Source: Armatimonadota bacterium
Lineage (GTDB): Bacteria; Armatimonadota; Armatimonadia; Armatimonadales; Armatimonadaceae
NCBI GenBank assembly: GCA_043754515.1
Contig: JAYUUO010000254.1
Span: 1 to 25,727, forward strand
Direction: 5' to 3'
Length of the DNA: 25,727 nt
Position numbers and translations under genes: made by a program. The notes below the pieces were generated by a model. It was given only the letters and a program-made list of their open reading frames with translations, had not been told where the DNA came from and did not search any database. Shown piece by piece: positions 1 through 8,324 of the stretch; the stretch's first letter is position 1; each line of letters begins with the position of its first letter.

Positions 1-253
1 GGTCGAGGTGCAACCACAGGAGGTGGCGACGTGGGAAACGTAGAGCGGCTTGTCCGATAGGTTAACGACACGCACAGTGCCGGTCACGCGTTTACCCTCG
101 GGGACTGTTCCGAGGTCCAGTGTCCGGGGTTCGACGCGGGCAACTGTGCCTCCCCCTCGCTTCCGACATATTTGTTGTTATGATGCGACCGAGGGCCACT
201 CCCGCGAGACTACAAAGCACGACTGGTACCAGGATAGTAAATCGTTTGTCCAC
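1..253 (-). pseudogene. DUF1573-like (SCGCT, Ig-like fold) exported protein, 5' part, with a +1 frameshift; runs off the window edge
   Basis: Hand translation. GTG at 253 gives VDKRFTILVPVVLCSLAGVALGRIITTNMSEARG (signal/TM segment). After one extra G in the G5 run (152-156), another frame reads GTVARVEPRTLDLGTVPEGKRVTGTVRVVNLSDKPLYVSHVATSCGCTST. That second frame is closed upstream by TAA at 178-180. DLG..V and SCGCT are hallmark DUF1573 motifs. Confidence 0.7.
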
Positions 254-262
254 TTGTCCGGC

Positions 263-291
263 AGTGTGTAGGCAAGGTTGCGGGCTGTCAA
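263..291 (-). promoter_or_regulatory. Putative sigma70 promoter for the DUF1573 gene
   Basis: Minus strand TTGACA (291-286), 17 nt spacer, CACACT (268-263), ending 9 nt before GTG at 253. Confidence 0.4.
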
Positions 292-329
292 GGCCGTTCG
301 GCATATTTGTTTTCGCCACACGTGATCGG

Positions 330-512
330 CTAGCGCGGCACGCGCGGCTTGCCGAACGGTATGCGGCCGTGGTCGAGGTACTCTTTAGCGGGTAGCGACG
401 TCGCGAGGGTCACGGTGCCGCTCCCGAAACGCTGGTTCAGCCCGTCAATCACGCCGTCAATGGCACAGCCCCCCGGCTCATCGAACAGGTCGGCGATCAC
501 ATCAATAGTCAC
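330..512 (-). pseudogene. Possible remnant of the C-terminal tail of a Y-family (DinB/UmuC/ImpB-like) DNA polymerase
   Basis: The 60 aa ORF contains DLFD...IDGVIDGLNQRFGSGTVTLA...RIPF, resembling the 'xLF...xDxLNxRFGxxxV' tail of Y-family polymerases. There is no room for a catalytic domain upstream. Recognised from memory only. Confidence 0.4.
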
Positions 513-537
513 TCCCCAATAGTCACGCCGTCTCCGG

Positions 538-543
538 TATACT
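538..543 (+). promoter_or_regulatory. -10 box TATACT, leaderless promoter of the S9 peptidase gene
   Basis: TATACT at 538-543, 7 nt, then ATG at 551. No Shine-Dalgarno in between. Confidence 0.6.
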
Positions 544-550
544 GACGTTT

Positions 551-2950
551 ATGCTACCCACACCCGCTCCGAGCGGTTACAAAAAGCCCCCCGCCGATAT
601 CGTTTCCATCCTCGACACCCCGCCCCCGCCCGCCGGCTTCCTGTCGCCGACGCGCGAAATGCTCCTGCTCGCCGACTACGAAGCCTATCCTCCCCTCTCG
701 ACACTCGCGCGGCCCTTCTTGAAACTCGCCGGGATTCGGATTGATCCCTCCCTGAACGGGCAACAACGCGCATCGCAGTACACCGGCTTTTCGCTGGTCG
801 CGAACGCCACCGGCGAACTGACGCCAGTCTCCGGGATTCCGGCCGGCGCTCGGCTCGGCACGCCGTCCTGGTCGCTAGACGGGGCGCGGTTTGCGTTCAC
901 CCGCGATACCGACACCGGCATCGAGATCGGGATCGGGGAAAAGGAGACCGGTGCCGTGCGCTTCCTTCACGAGGTACGCGTCTCGGATATTCTAGCGGGA
1001 CCGTTTCAGTGGAGCGACGACAACAAAACCCTGTTCGTCGCGCTGATCCCGCTGGGGCGCGCGGCACCCCCGGAAACGCCGCTCGTGCCGGATGGACCGG
1101 TTATCGAGGAGACGGCGGGCAAGTACACGAAGGCGAGCACGTTCCAGGATCTGCTCCGTAGCGACGCCGACGCCGCGCTGTTCCGTTATTTCGTTACCGT
1201 GCAACTCGCCACCGTAGACATCGAAACGGGCGTGATAACGACTATCGGCGCACCGGACACGTACCTCGGCGCGTCCCCGTCGCCGGATGAGAAATACCTG
1301 CTGGTGTCGCGACTCACCGACGTCTCCTTCCGCGTCCCCTATCACCTGTTCGGCAAAACGGTCGAGGTGTGGGACGCCCGAACCGGCGTAGTGCTGCGAA
1401 CCATCGCCGACCTGCCCGTGCGCGACGAGATCCCGCAACAGGGAGTCGCCACCGGGCCGCGCAATCTCGTCTGGCAGGGTAATCGTGACGCGACGCTTCT
1501 CTGGGCGGAGGCACTCGACGGCGGCGATCCACTGGCGAAGGTTCCGCACCGCGACGCTCTGTTCGTGCTCCCCGCGCCATTTACGGAGACTCCGCGCGAG
1601 TTACTGCGGTTGCAAGAGCGGTATGCGGGCTGGGACTGGCTCCCGGAAACCGACGACGTTCTGCTTACCGAGTACGACCGCGACCGCCGCTGGCGTACCA
1701 CCTACCGCCTGAACCTGTCGGAGCCGGAGCCGGAACGCACGGTGCTGTTCGATCTGTCTGTCAACGACGCCTATAACGCGCCGGGTAACCCGGTTTACGT
1801 GAGCGAGCCGAGTGGCAGGAGCCACATCCTGCTGAGCGGCGACGAGATTTACCTGTCCGGGCGCGGCGCGACTCCGGAGGGAGACCGGCCGTTCCTGCGC
1901 CGCATGAATCTCCTGACGCGCGAGACGCGGGAGGTATGGCGGTGCGCGGGCGACGGCTACGAGTCGTTCATCGCGTTCCTGGACAGCGAGAACCCGTCCG
2001 TGCTTCTGACGTCATACCAGAACCGCGTGGAACCCGCGAACTTCTACCGGCTGGATCTGAACAACGGTTCGCGCGAGCCGATCACGCGATTCGCCGACCC
2101 CCACCCCAAGATCACCGGGTTGCACAAGGAACTGCTTCGCTACACCCGGGGCGAAGACGCCGTGCCGCTTTCCGGCACCCTGTACCTGCCGCCTAACTAC
2201 GACCCGGCGTCCGGGAAGCGGCTACCGCTCCTGTTCTGGGCGTACCCGGAAGAATACTCGGACGCCGCGACCGCCGGACAGATGCGCGGCTCCGACAAGA
2301 CGTTCACGCGGCTCGCCGGGACGTCGCCGCTCTGGTTCGTTCTGCGCGGCTACGCGGTACTGATGGACGCGGCGGTGCCGGTGGTCGGCGACCCGGAGAC
2401 CATGAACGACACGTTTGTGGCGCAGATCGTCGGCGCGGCAAAGGCAGCCGTTGACGTTCTGGACGAGCGCGGCATCATTGACCGCGGCCGCGTGATCTGC
2501 GCGGGCCACTCCTACGGCGCGTTCATGACGGCGAACCTGCTCGCACACTCGGATCTGTTCGCGGCGGGAATCGCCCGCTCGGGCGCGTACAACCGCACAT
2601 TGACGCCGTTCGGATTTCAATCGGAACGCCGCTCATACTGGGAGGCACCAGAAATATATCGCGCTCTGTCGCCGTTCACCTACGCCGACAAAATCAAGGC
2701 CCCGATACTGCTGATCCACGGCCAGGCCGATAACAACCCCGGCACGCACACACTGCAATCGGAGCGGTTCTATCAGGCACTGGCGGCGAACGGCGCGACG
2801 GCGCGGCTCGTGTTGCTACCGCACGAATCGCACGGCTATCGAGCTAGGGAGTCGGTGCTCCATGTGCTTGAGGAGTGTTTCGACTGGGCGGCGAAATACG
2901 CAGGCCAGCCGCACGACGCGAACGTCTCGGACGTATTACCCACCAGGTAG
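551..2950 (+). CDS. S9 family serine peptidase (prolyl oligopeptidase clan, glutamyl endopeptidase-like)
   Basis: 799 aa. N-terminal beta-propeller region, nucleophile motif GHSYG, LLIHGQADNN (Asp) and LPHESHGY (His). No obvious signal peptide. Confidence 0.93.
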   Translation: MLPTPAPSGYKKPPADIVSILDTPPPPAGFLSPTREMLLLADYEAYPPLSTLARPFLKLAGIRIDPSLNGQQRASQYTGFSLVANATGELTPVSGIPAGARLGTPSWSLDGARFAFTRDTDTGIEIGIGEKETGAVRFLHEVRVSDILAGPFQWSDDNKTLFVALIPLGRAAPPETPLVPDGPVIEETAGKYTKASTFQDLLRSDADAALFRYFVTVQLATVDIETGVITTIGAPDTYLGASPSPDEKYLLVSRLTDVSFRVPYHLFGKTVEVWDARTGVVLRTIADLPVRDEIPQQGVATGPRNLVWQGNRDATLLWAEALDGGDPLAKVPHRDALFVLPAPFTETPRELLRLQERYAGWDWLPETDDVLLTEYDRDRRWRTTYRLNLSEPEPERTVLFDLSVNDAYNAPGNPVYVSEPSGRSHILLSGDEIYLSGRGATPEGDRPFLRRMNLLTRETREVWRCAGDGYESFIAFLDSENPSVLLTSYQNRVEPANFYRLDLNNGSREPITRFADPHPKITGLHKELLRYTRGEDAVPLSGTLYLPPNYDPASGKRLPLLFWAYPEEYSDAATAGQMRGSDKTFTRLAGTSPLWFVLRGYAVLMDAAVPVVGDPETMNDTFVAQIVGAAKAAVDVLDERGIIDRGRVICAGHSYGAFMTANLLAHSDLFAAGIARSGAYNRTLTPFGFQSERRSYWEAPEIYRALSPFTYADKIKAPILLIHGQADNNPGTHTLQSERFYQALAANGATARLVLLPHESHGYRARESVLHVLEECFDWAAKYAGQPHDANVSDVLPTR

Positions 2951-3054
2951 CGAGACATGGGCGGGAGGACGCAGGTATCTACGCCCTTTATGTCGTACCG
3001 TCCCTTTGTAGCGGGGTGCCCTCAGTCCCCGCCCGGAAAACAACCCTACCTTTT

Positions 3055-4053
3055 ATGAGCGAACCATTCCTGATCTCGGTCGTGATTCCCGTCTACAACG
3101 GCGCGAAGTATATCCCCCACTGCATGGGGTCCGTTCGGCGGGCGGTCTCCGCGTTGCCGGAGGCGGATCGCGCCCGGATCGAAGTCATTCTTTGTGACAA
3201 CCATTCCTCGGATGACACTATCGCGCTCGCCGAATCGCTGAAGCCGGACTGCGCCTACCGCGCCATCCAGCCGCCCCAGTTCTATGACAACCGGTGCCTG
3301 AACTGGCACCATGGTTTGATGGAGGCGACCGGCGACTGGATGATGATGCTCCACGCCGACGACATGCTGACCGATAATGGTCTCGCCGCGCTCCTCGCCG
3401 CGATACGCCGCCCCGTGCCGTCATCCGCCGTGCTGATCCAGGGCAGGCACGGCGAGTTCACCTCCGAGACGGAGCCTGTATCGGCACCCAAACCGCGCTG
3501 GGGTATGCCCGTTCTACTTTCCGGCGACGAGTTGCGGCGCGGGCCGCTCTCGTTCTTTTGCCCCTTCGTGCCGTTTCTGCTGATGCGCCGCGATATGTAC
3601 CACGTGGTCGGCGGCTTGACACTGCGCTATGAGCTGATACAGGACTGGGATCTCTGGATCCGCCTGCTCGGGCGCGGCGACCTGTTTTTCACGCCGGACG
3701 TGGTCGGCAACTGGCGCGTCCACGGCACGACGGAGAAGTATCAGCGCATCTTTATGCGCGAGCATCTGGATCTCGCGTACAACATGCCGCGCCTCGTTCC
3801 GGGGTTGTCCGAAGACGCGGCGCGGTACGCGCTGACATATCAGATCGCGCGGGTGCGTACGAACTTCCCGACCGAGCCGCTCGACGAGTTCCTGGTCGGG
3901 GTGCCCACGGACGCGATCGCGATCAGCGCGGCGGAGCGCGATGAGGCCACGAATAACTTCGCGGCGGTGATGGAGCGCGGCAACAAGAAAGTGTCCGCCG
4001 AACTGATGCGCCTGCGCATGACGGGTGTTCTACGACTTCTCGCCGCCAAGTAG
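3055..4053 (+). CDS. Glycosyltransferase family 2
   Basis: ISVVIPVYNG, ILCDNHSSD, LHADD (DxD-like) and QDWDLWIRL motifs. Start moved from the track's 2875 to the in-frame ATG at 3055, just before the GT2 domain. Confidence 0.9.
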   Translation: MSEPFLISVVIPVYNGAKYIPHCMGSVRRAVSALPEADRARIEVILCDNHSSDDTIALAESLKPDCAYRAIQPPQFYDNRCLNWHHGLMEATGDWMMMLHADDMLTDNGLAALLAAIRRPVPSSAVLIQGRHGEFTSETEPVSAPKPRWGMPVLLSGDELRRGPLSFFCPFVPFLLMRRDMYHVVGGLTLRYELIQDWDLWIRLLGRGDLFFTPDVVGNWRVHGTTEKYQRIFMREHLDLAYNMPRLVPGLSEDAARYALTYQIARVRTNFPTEPLDEFLVGVPTDAIAISAAERDEATNNFAAVMERGNKKVSAELMRLRMTGVLRLLAAK

Positions 4054-4125
4054 CCGCGCCGAGTCCCCAATAGCCACGCCTGGTAGATTACGCCCGGCGA
4101 TCTTTTGCCGCACGGATAAAACACA

Positions 4126-5412
4126 TTGCACGAAAACGGCGGCCACGGCGCGGGGACACTCCTCGCGCTCTTTCTCATATTCCTCTTCGCGCAACTGGGT
4201 GCGGGGGTCTCGCAACGCCTGCGTTTGCCCGCCGTGGTGGGCGAGATCGTCGCGGGCATGGTCATCGGGCCGTCACTTTTAGGCTGGGTAGAACCGTCGC
4301 CGGTGCTCGACATCCTCGCCGAGCTAGGCGCGGTGCTACTCCTCTTCTCGGTCGGGCTGGAGACACGCATCGGCGACCTGAGGAAAGTCGGTAAAACGGC
4401 GGGTATGGTCGCGGCGGCGGGCGTCGCGCTCCCGTTCGGTTTCGGCTATGCCTGGGGCGCGCTCTCCGGCTTTTCGCCCCCCCACGCCGCGTTTATAGCG
4501 GCGGCGTTTACCGCGACTTCGGCGGGGATCACGGCGCGGGTCTTACAGGAGCTCGGCGCCCTCGGGCGGATCGAGGCGCGGATCATCCTCGGCGCGGCGG
4601 TGATTGATGATATCCTCGCCATGCTCCTGCTCGGCGCGGTGACGGCATTGCAAAGCGGACCGGGAGGGGCGCGGGTTGACTGGGCGCACCTCGCCTTCGT
4701 GCTGTTGCAAGCGGTCGGATTCGTCGCCGTGGTCGCCCTGGTCGGCACCCGCATCTTTCGTAAGCGATCCTCGGTGCTCGATGCGCCGATAAATCCGCTC
4801 TCCCCGCTCACGCTCTCGCTCGCCGGATGCCTTGGACTCGCCGCGCTCTCGGCTCGTCTCGGGCTTGCCGCCATCATCGGCGCGTTTCTGGCGGGGATGG
4901 TGGTCGCCGAATCCCGCCAGCGTCACGCGCTGGAGAAACAGATGCAACCCCTGCTCGCGTTCCTGACGCCGTTCTTTTTCGTGGTGACCGGCATGAACGT
5001 TTCGCTGTCCGCTCTTTCCGGCTGGCGAACACTGCTCACTCTGCTGACAATCACCGCCCTGGCGACGGCGGGCAAGTGGATCGGGTGCGGGTTCGCCGCG
5101 CGTTCGCTCGGTGCCCGTTCGGCGGCGATCATCGGGGTCGGCATGGTGCCGCGCGGCGAGGTCGGCATCATCGTCGCCTCGCTCGGTCGCGCCGCGCACA
5201 TCTTCGACGACCGCGTTTACGCGCTGATCGTCGCCATGTCGCTCCTGACTTCGGTGCTCGCCCCGCCGCTCCTGACCCTCCTCCTTAAAGACGCCCCGTT
5301 GCCGGCCGGACCGGATGCCGAAGGCGCGGCACCCGACGACGAGGACATCTCACTCCTGCTATCGGTCGAGGAGACGGGCCACTCCCACGCGCCCTCGACC
5401 GATCCGAAGTAG
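4126..5412 (+). CDS. Cation:proton antiporter, CPA2 family (KefB/NapA-like)
   Basis: Multiple TM helices. LPAVVGEIVAGMVIGP, LFSVGLET, ILGAAVIDDI and GMVPRGEVG motifs. TTG start. Confidence 0.92.
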   Translation: MHENGGHGAGTLLALFLIFLFAQLGAGVSQRLRLPAVVGEIVAGMVIGPSLLGWVEPSPVLDILAELGAVLLLFSVGLETRIGDLRKVGKTAGMVAAAGVALPFGFGYAWGALSGFSPPHAAFIAAAFTATSAGITARVLQELGALGRIEARIILGAAVIDDILAMLLLGAVTALQSGPGGARVDWAHLAFVLLQAVGFVAVVALVGTRIFRKRSSVLDAPINPLSPLTLSLAGCLGLAALSARLGLAAIIGAFLAGMVVAESRQRHALEKQMQPLLAFLTPFFFVVTGMNVSLSALSGWRTLLTLLTITALATAGKWIGCGFAARSLGARSAAIIGVGMVPRGEVGIIVASLGRAAHIFDDRVYALIVAMSLLTSVLAPPLLTLLLKDAPLPAGPDAEGAAPDDEDISLLLSVEETGHSHAPSTDPK

Positions 5413-5442
5413 AACGGGTTTAGAGCAACCCGCACCGCAATG

Positions 5443-6771
5443 TTACCGCCTCCGCCGCGCGAGTCCGATCATGCCGAGTGCGGGGAACGCGAAGGCGGCG
5501 AGAGTGCCCGCGCCCGCCTCCGGCACGGCGACACTAGCGAGGGTCGTGGTCGCGATCCCGTTCCGGCCGTTGGCGAGCGTGTACGTGAAGCCCAGGGTGT
5601 TGCCGTCGCTATCCTGGGGCAGTATGGCACTCACTCTGGTTACGGTGCTACCGAACAGGCTGTCCCCAAGTTGGATAATCGGGGTCAGTACGCCGCTCAG
5701 ACTGGTGAAAAGGCCGCCGCCGAAGATCGAGCCGCCGTTGCTGTAGTCGGCGTAAAACACGGGGGCGTCACCGACGAGCAGGGGCGGCGTGAAGTAGGTG
5801 AACGTGCCGCCGCGCAACGCGCCGCCTTTAGCTCCCGTCGCGGCGGTTGTTATTTGGCCGCCTGTCACGGTGTAGATTCCCCATGCCCCCGACGTTTCCG
5901 TGTAGTCACCCCCGCGAAACGCCACCGTGTTGCCGTTGACAGCCGGATTGCTGAAACTGGAGAAGAAGGAGCCGCCCGGCGCGCCGCCGACCACGTTGGT
6001 CGCGACGGTCGTCAGCACGCCCCCGGTCGAAGTGAAAACACCCGAAGTCGCCGTTACGCCACCGAAAGTGCCGGAGAAGGCGACAGTGTTGCCTTTGATC
6101 GTGGGGTTCCCAAAGTCAGTGAATGTAGTTTTTCCACCCAGAGGAGTAGCGTCCCCGGCGCGGACGATGGTTGTCAGCGCGCCGCCGTTCCCCGTATAGA
6201 TGCCCCGGCTCCCCCCGGTCCCGTTGGAATAGCCGATGAATGTGGTGTTGCTACCGCTCACGGCGGGATCATCGAAGAATAGAAAGTTGCCGCCGCCGGG
6301 GGCACTGTTTGGTGTGTTGCGGGCCACGCTCGTCAGAACGCCATCCGTGATGGAGAAAACGCCGGTGGTTCCCGTTCCGCCTGTGTAGTCGGAGACAAAC
6401 GCCGTCGTGTTCCCGCTGATCGTGGGATTACCGAGCGAGGAAAACGTGCCGCCGCCGGGTGCAATCGCCGGTGTGCCGGTGCCAGACCGAACGATCGCGG
6501 TCACTACGCCGTTACGCGCGCTGAATATTCCGCGCGTCCCGGCGACGCCGCCAGTATATCCGGCGTTGAACGCGATGGTGTCGCCGCTCAGGGCGGGGAG
6601 GCCAAAACCGGCAAACGTCCCCCCGCCCGGAACGGCGGTCGTGTCATCCACGATCTTGTTGAAGGTATAAGCGGCGTGCGCGGTAGCAGCCGATGTGAAC
6701 ACGGCGGCGAGGGCAAGAATGCCTCCGGCACGACGTATGGAAGTGTGCGAGAACGGTGAGACGGTAGACAT
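5443..6771 (-). CDS. Secreted Gly/Thr-rich tandem-repeat (probable beta-propeller) protein with PEP-CTERM-type sorting signal
   Basis: ATG at 6771 preceded by GAAAGG. Signal peptide ending AHA/A. About six 50-57 aa repeats (PGGGTF..F..P..SG.T.AF...G.F...G.LT) plus a divergent seventh. C-terminus VPEAGAGTLAAFAFPALGMIGLARRRR. Confidence 0.88.
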   Translation of the reverse strand: MSTVSPFSHTSIRRAGGILALAAVFTSAATAHAAYTFNKIVDDTTAVPGGGTFAGFGLPALSGDTIAFNAGYTGGVAGTRGIFSARNGVVTAIVRSGTGTPAIAPGGGTFSSLGNPTISGNTTAFVSDYTGGTGTTGVFSITDGVLTSVARNTPNSAPGGGNFLFFDDPAVSGSNTTFIGYSNGTGGSRGIYTGNGGALTTIVRAGDATPLGGKTTFTDFGNPTIKGNTVAFSGTFGGVTATSGVFTSTGGVLTTVATNVVGGAPGGSFFSSFSNPAVNGNTVAFRGGDYTETSGAWGIYTVTGGQITTAATGAKGGALRGGTFTYFTPPLLVGDAPVFYADYSNGGSIFGGGLFTSLSGVLTPIIQLGDSLFGSTVTRVSAILPQDSDGNTLGFTYTLANGRNGIATTTLASVAVPEAGAGTLAAFAFPALGMIGLARRRR

Positions 6772-6821
6772 GGGAAACCTTTCTGTCGTTGCCACCATCC
6801 GTGGCACTTGGCAACACAGAC

Positions 6822-6855
6822 ACTCTACAGCCTAATCGTTACAGCACCGTTACAG
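6822..6855 (-). promoter_or_regulatory. Direct-repeat activator-type site plus -10 box upstream of the PEP-CTERM gene
   Basis: Minus strand CTGTAACG twice at 11 bp period (6855-6848 and 6844-6837), then 9 nt, then TAGAGT (6827-6822). Confidence 0.5.
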
Positions 6856-6943
6856 GGTTGTTAGCACAGCCACGCCGGATTATTTATTCGCGCGTGAACG
6901 GGAGGCGGCGCGCGATGATCCGGCCCTGCGCGGGGAGGCGGAG

Positions 6944-7531
6944 TCAGACCAACGTGCCGTCGAGGTTGGTCAAAACGCGGCGAAGGTAGCCGCGCGTCCC
7001 GACAATCCCGGCCAGAGTCTCCAGCGCGGCGGCACGATCAGTAGCCCCATCGTAGTGCTCGAACACCCCCTGTAGCTGATCAGACAGTCGGTCGTAGGCT
7101 TGCGAAAACTCGGCCCGGCCCACGTCCAGTTCGGGGCGTAACCGCAGAAGCGTCGCGGCGTCGTCGTCGAGCCGCGCCTCCTGGTATTCCATCAATGCCT
7201 CTTGCAGTTCGAGCACCCGCGCGAATAGCTCTTGAGGCGCCTTGGCTGTTTTTTGCAGGTCGTTGAGTGACACGCCGGACTCGCGCCGGAGCAGATACTC
7301 CGCCCGGCGGAACGGGTCACGTAGCGTCCGGTAGGCGTCGTTCAGAAGCGCGGACGCGTCGAGCGCGATCGTTTGCGTTTCGGGGTCAGCGTTCGCCCAC
7401 CGGTCGGGGTGGTAGAGGCGCGACAGTTCGCGGAAACGGCGGGTCAGGGTCGCCTCATCCACCGCGACCGGCACGCCGAACAGGTCGAAGTAGCTCGTGG
7501 ACGGTGACAAAGGCGTCAGTTCACCCGGCAT
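6944..7531 (-). CDS. hscB: Fe-S assembly co-chaperone HscB
   Basis: J-domain YFDLFG...YHPD...LNDAYRTLRDPFRRAEYLL, helical C-terminal domain, isc context. Confidence 0.9.
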   Translation of the reverse strand: MPGELTPLSPSTSYFDLFGVPVAVDEATLTRRFRELSRLYHPDRWANADPETQTIALDASALLNDAYRTLRDPFRRAEYLLRRESGVSLNDLQKTAKAPQELFARVLELQEALMEYQEARLDDDAATLLRLRPELDVGRAEFSQAYDRLSDQLQGVFEHYDGATDRAAALETLAGIVGTRGYLRRVLTNLDGTLV

Positions 7532-7802
7532 AATCTTCGCCCATCTCCGCGCCCGTCTTTATGGCTTGCTCCACGCCCCGCGCGAAGTCGAGTAGCATCT
7601 GCCCGAGGAGCGCGGCATCATGCGCGGAAAGAAGGGTTTCGACGCGTCGTCCCGCCCCCTCGGTCAAATCAACCGGGGACACGGTGAGCGTCACGGTGGG
7701 AACGTCAACTAGTTCCTCGTTGTTCGTCTCGCCCACGGAAATACGCACGGGTTCCGGCTTACCCGTGCCGATGAAAATGCCGGTAGTAGTGATGTCAGCC
7801 AT
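7521..7802 (-). CDS. Hypothetical protein (93 aa, acidic, no Cys), overlapping the hscB start
   Basis: Clean ORF with ATG start, preceded by TATACT-N6. Overlaps hscB by 11 nt. No family recognised. Confidence 0.75.
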   Translation of the reverse strand: MADITTTGIFIGTGKPEPVRISVGETNNEELVDVPTVTLTVSPVDLTEGAGRRVETLLSAHDAALLGQMLLDFARGVEQAIKTGAEMGEDYAG

Positions 7803-7808
7803 GCCGGT

Positions 7809-7814
7809 AGTATA
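7809..7814 (-). promoter_or_regulatory. -10 box TATACT, leaderless promoter for the orphan gene-hscB unit
   Basis: Minus strand TATACT (7814-7809), 6 nt, then ATG at 7802. Confidence 0.6.
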
Positions 7815-7829
7815 GCCGGAACCGGCGCG

Positions 7830-7867
7830 AAAAAAGGCGGGAATGAGATCGGATTTCTTCCCGTCTT
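7830..7867 (-). terminator. Probable intrinsic terminator after iscA
   Basis: Minus strand GACGGGAA...TTCCCGCC stem (one mismatch, long loop) followed by T6. Confidence 0.5.
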
Positions 7868-7892
7868 CCCGAACCGCATTACCTGGCGGCGA

Positions 7893-8258
7893 CTACTTAG
7901 CCGTGAACGACGTGCCGCACCCGCAAGAGCGGAGCGACTGCGGATTATCGAACACGAAGCCACCTTCCATCAAATTCTTGATGTCGTAGTTCAGCACGGA
8001 CCCTTGCAGATAAAGCGCGGATTTTCGGTCCACGACGACCTTCACGTCGTCCACGCTGTAGACCGAGTCGAACTCCGGATCCGGCTCGTTTTCCATGTCG
8101 ATCACATAGGACAGACCGGAACAGCCGCCGCCGCGTACGCCCAGACGCAGAAACCAGCCTTGTTTGCCAGTACGCTCCTGCTGTTTCTTAACCTGTTTGA
8201 TCGCCGACGGTGTTAACGCTACGATCGGTTCGGTCGCTATCGGTAGTTCAGTCGTCAT
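7893..8258 (-). CDS. iscA: A-type Fe-S carrier protein (IscA/HesB family)
   Basis: LRLGVRGGGCSGLSY and SCGCGTSF (three conserved Cys). ATG at 8258 has SD GGGGAG. An alternative in-frame ATG lies at 8273. Confidence 0.93.
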   Translation of the reverse strand: MTTELPIATEPIVALTPSAIKQVKKQQERTGKQGWFLRLGVRGGGCSGLSYVIDMENEPDPEFDSVYSVDDVKVVVDRKSALYLQGSVLNYDIKNLMEGGFVFDNPQSLRSCGCGTSFTAK

Positions 8259-8324
8259 TTGAATTCTCCCCATGGTACGCCCCTCCCACAAATCCACAAA
8301 TTCCGGGGAGGGACGAGCGGGTGG

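Noticed and set aside
2875..3054. Extended starts for GT2 (2875); also pepF (15711), FAD oxidoreductase (19222) and hydroxylase (13512)
   Set aside because: They overlap upstream genes, terminators or promoter elements, and the domain motifs begin at the later starts.
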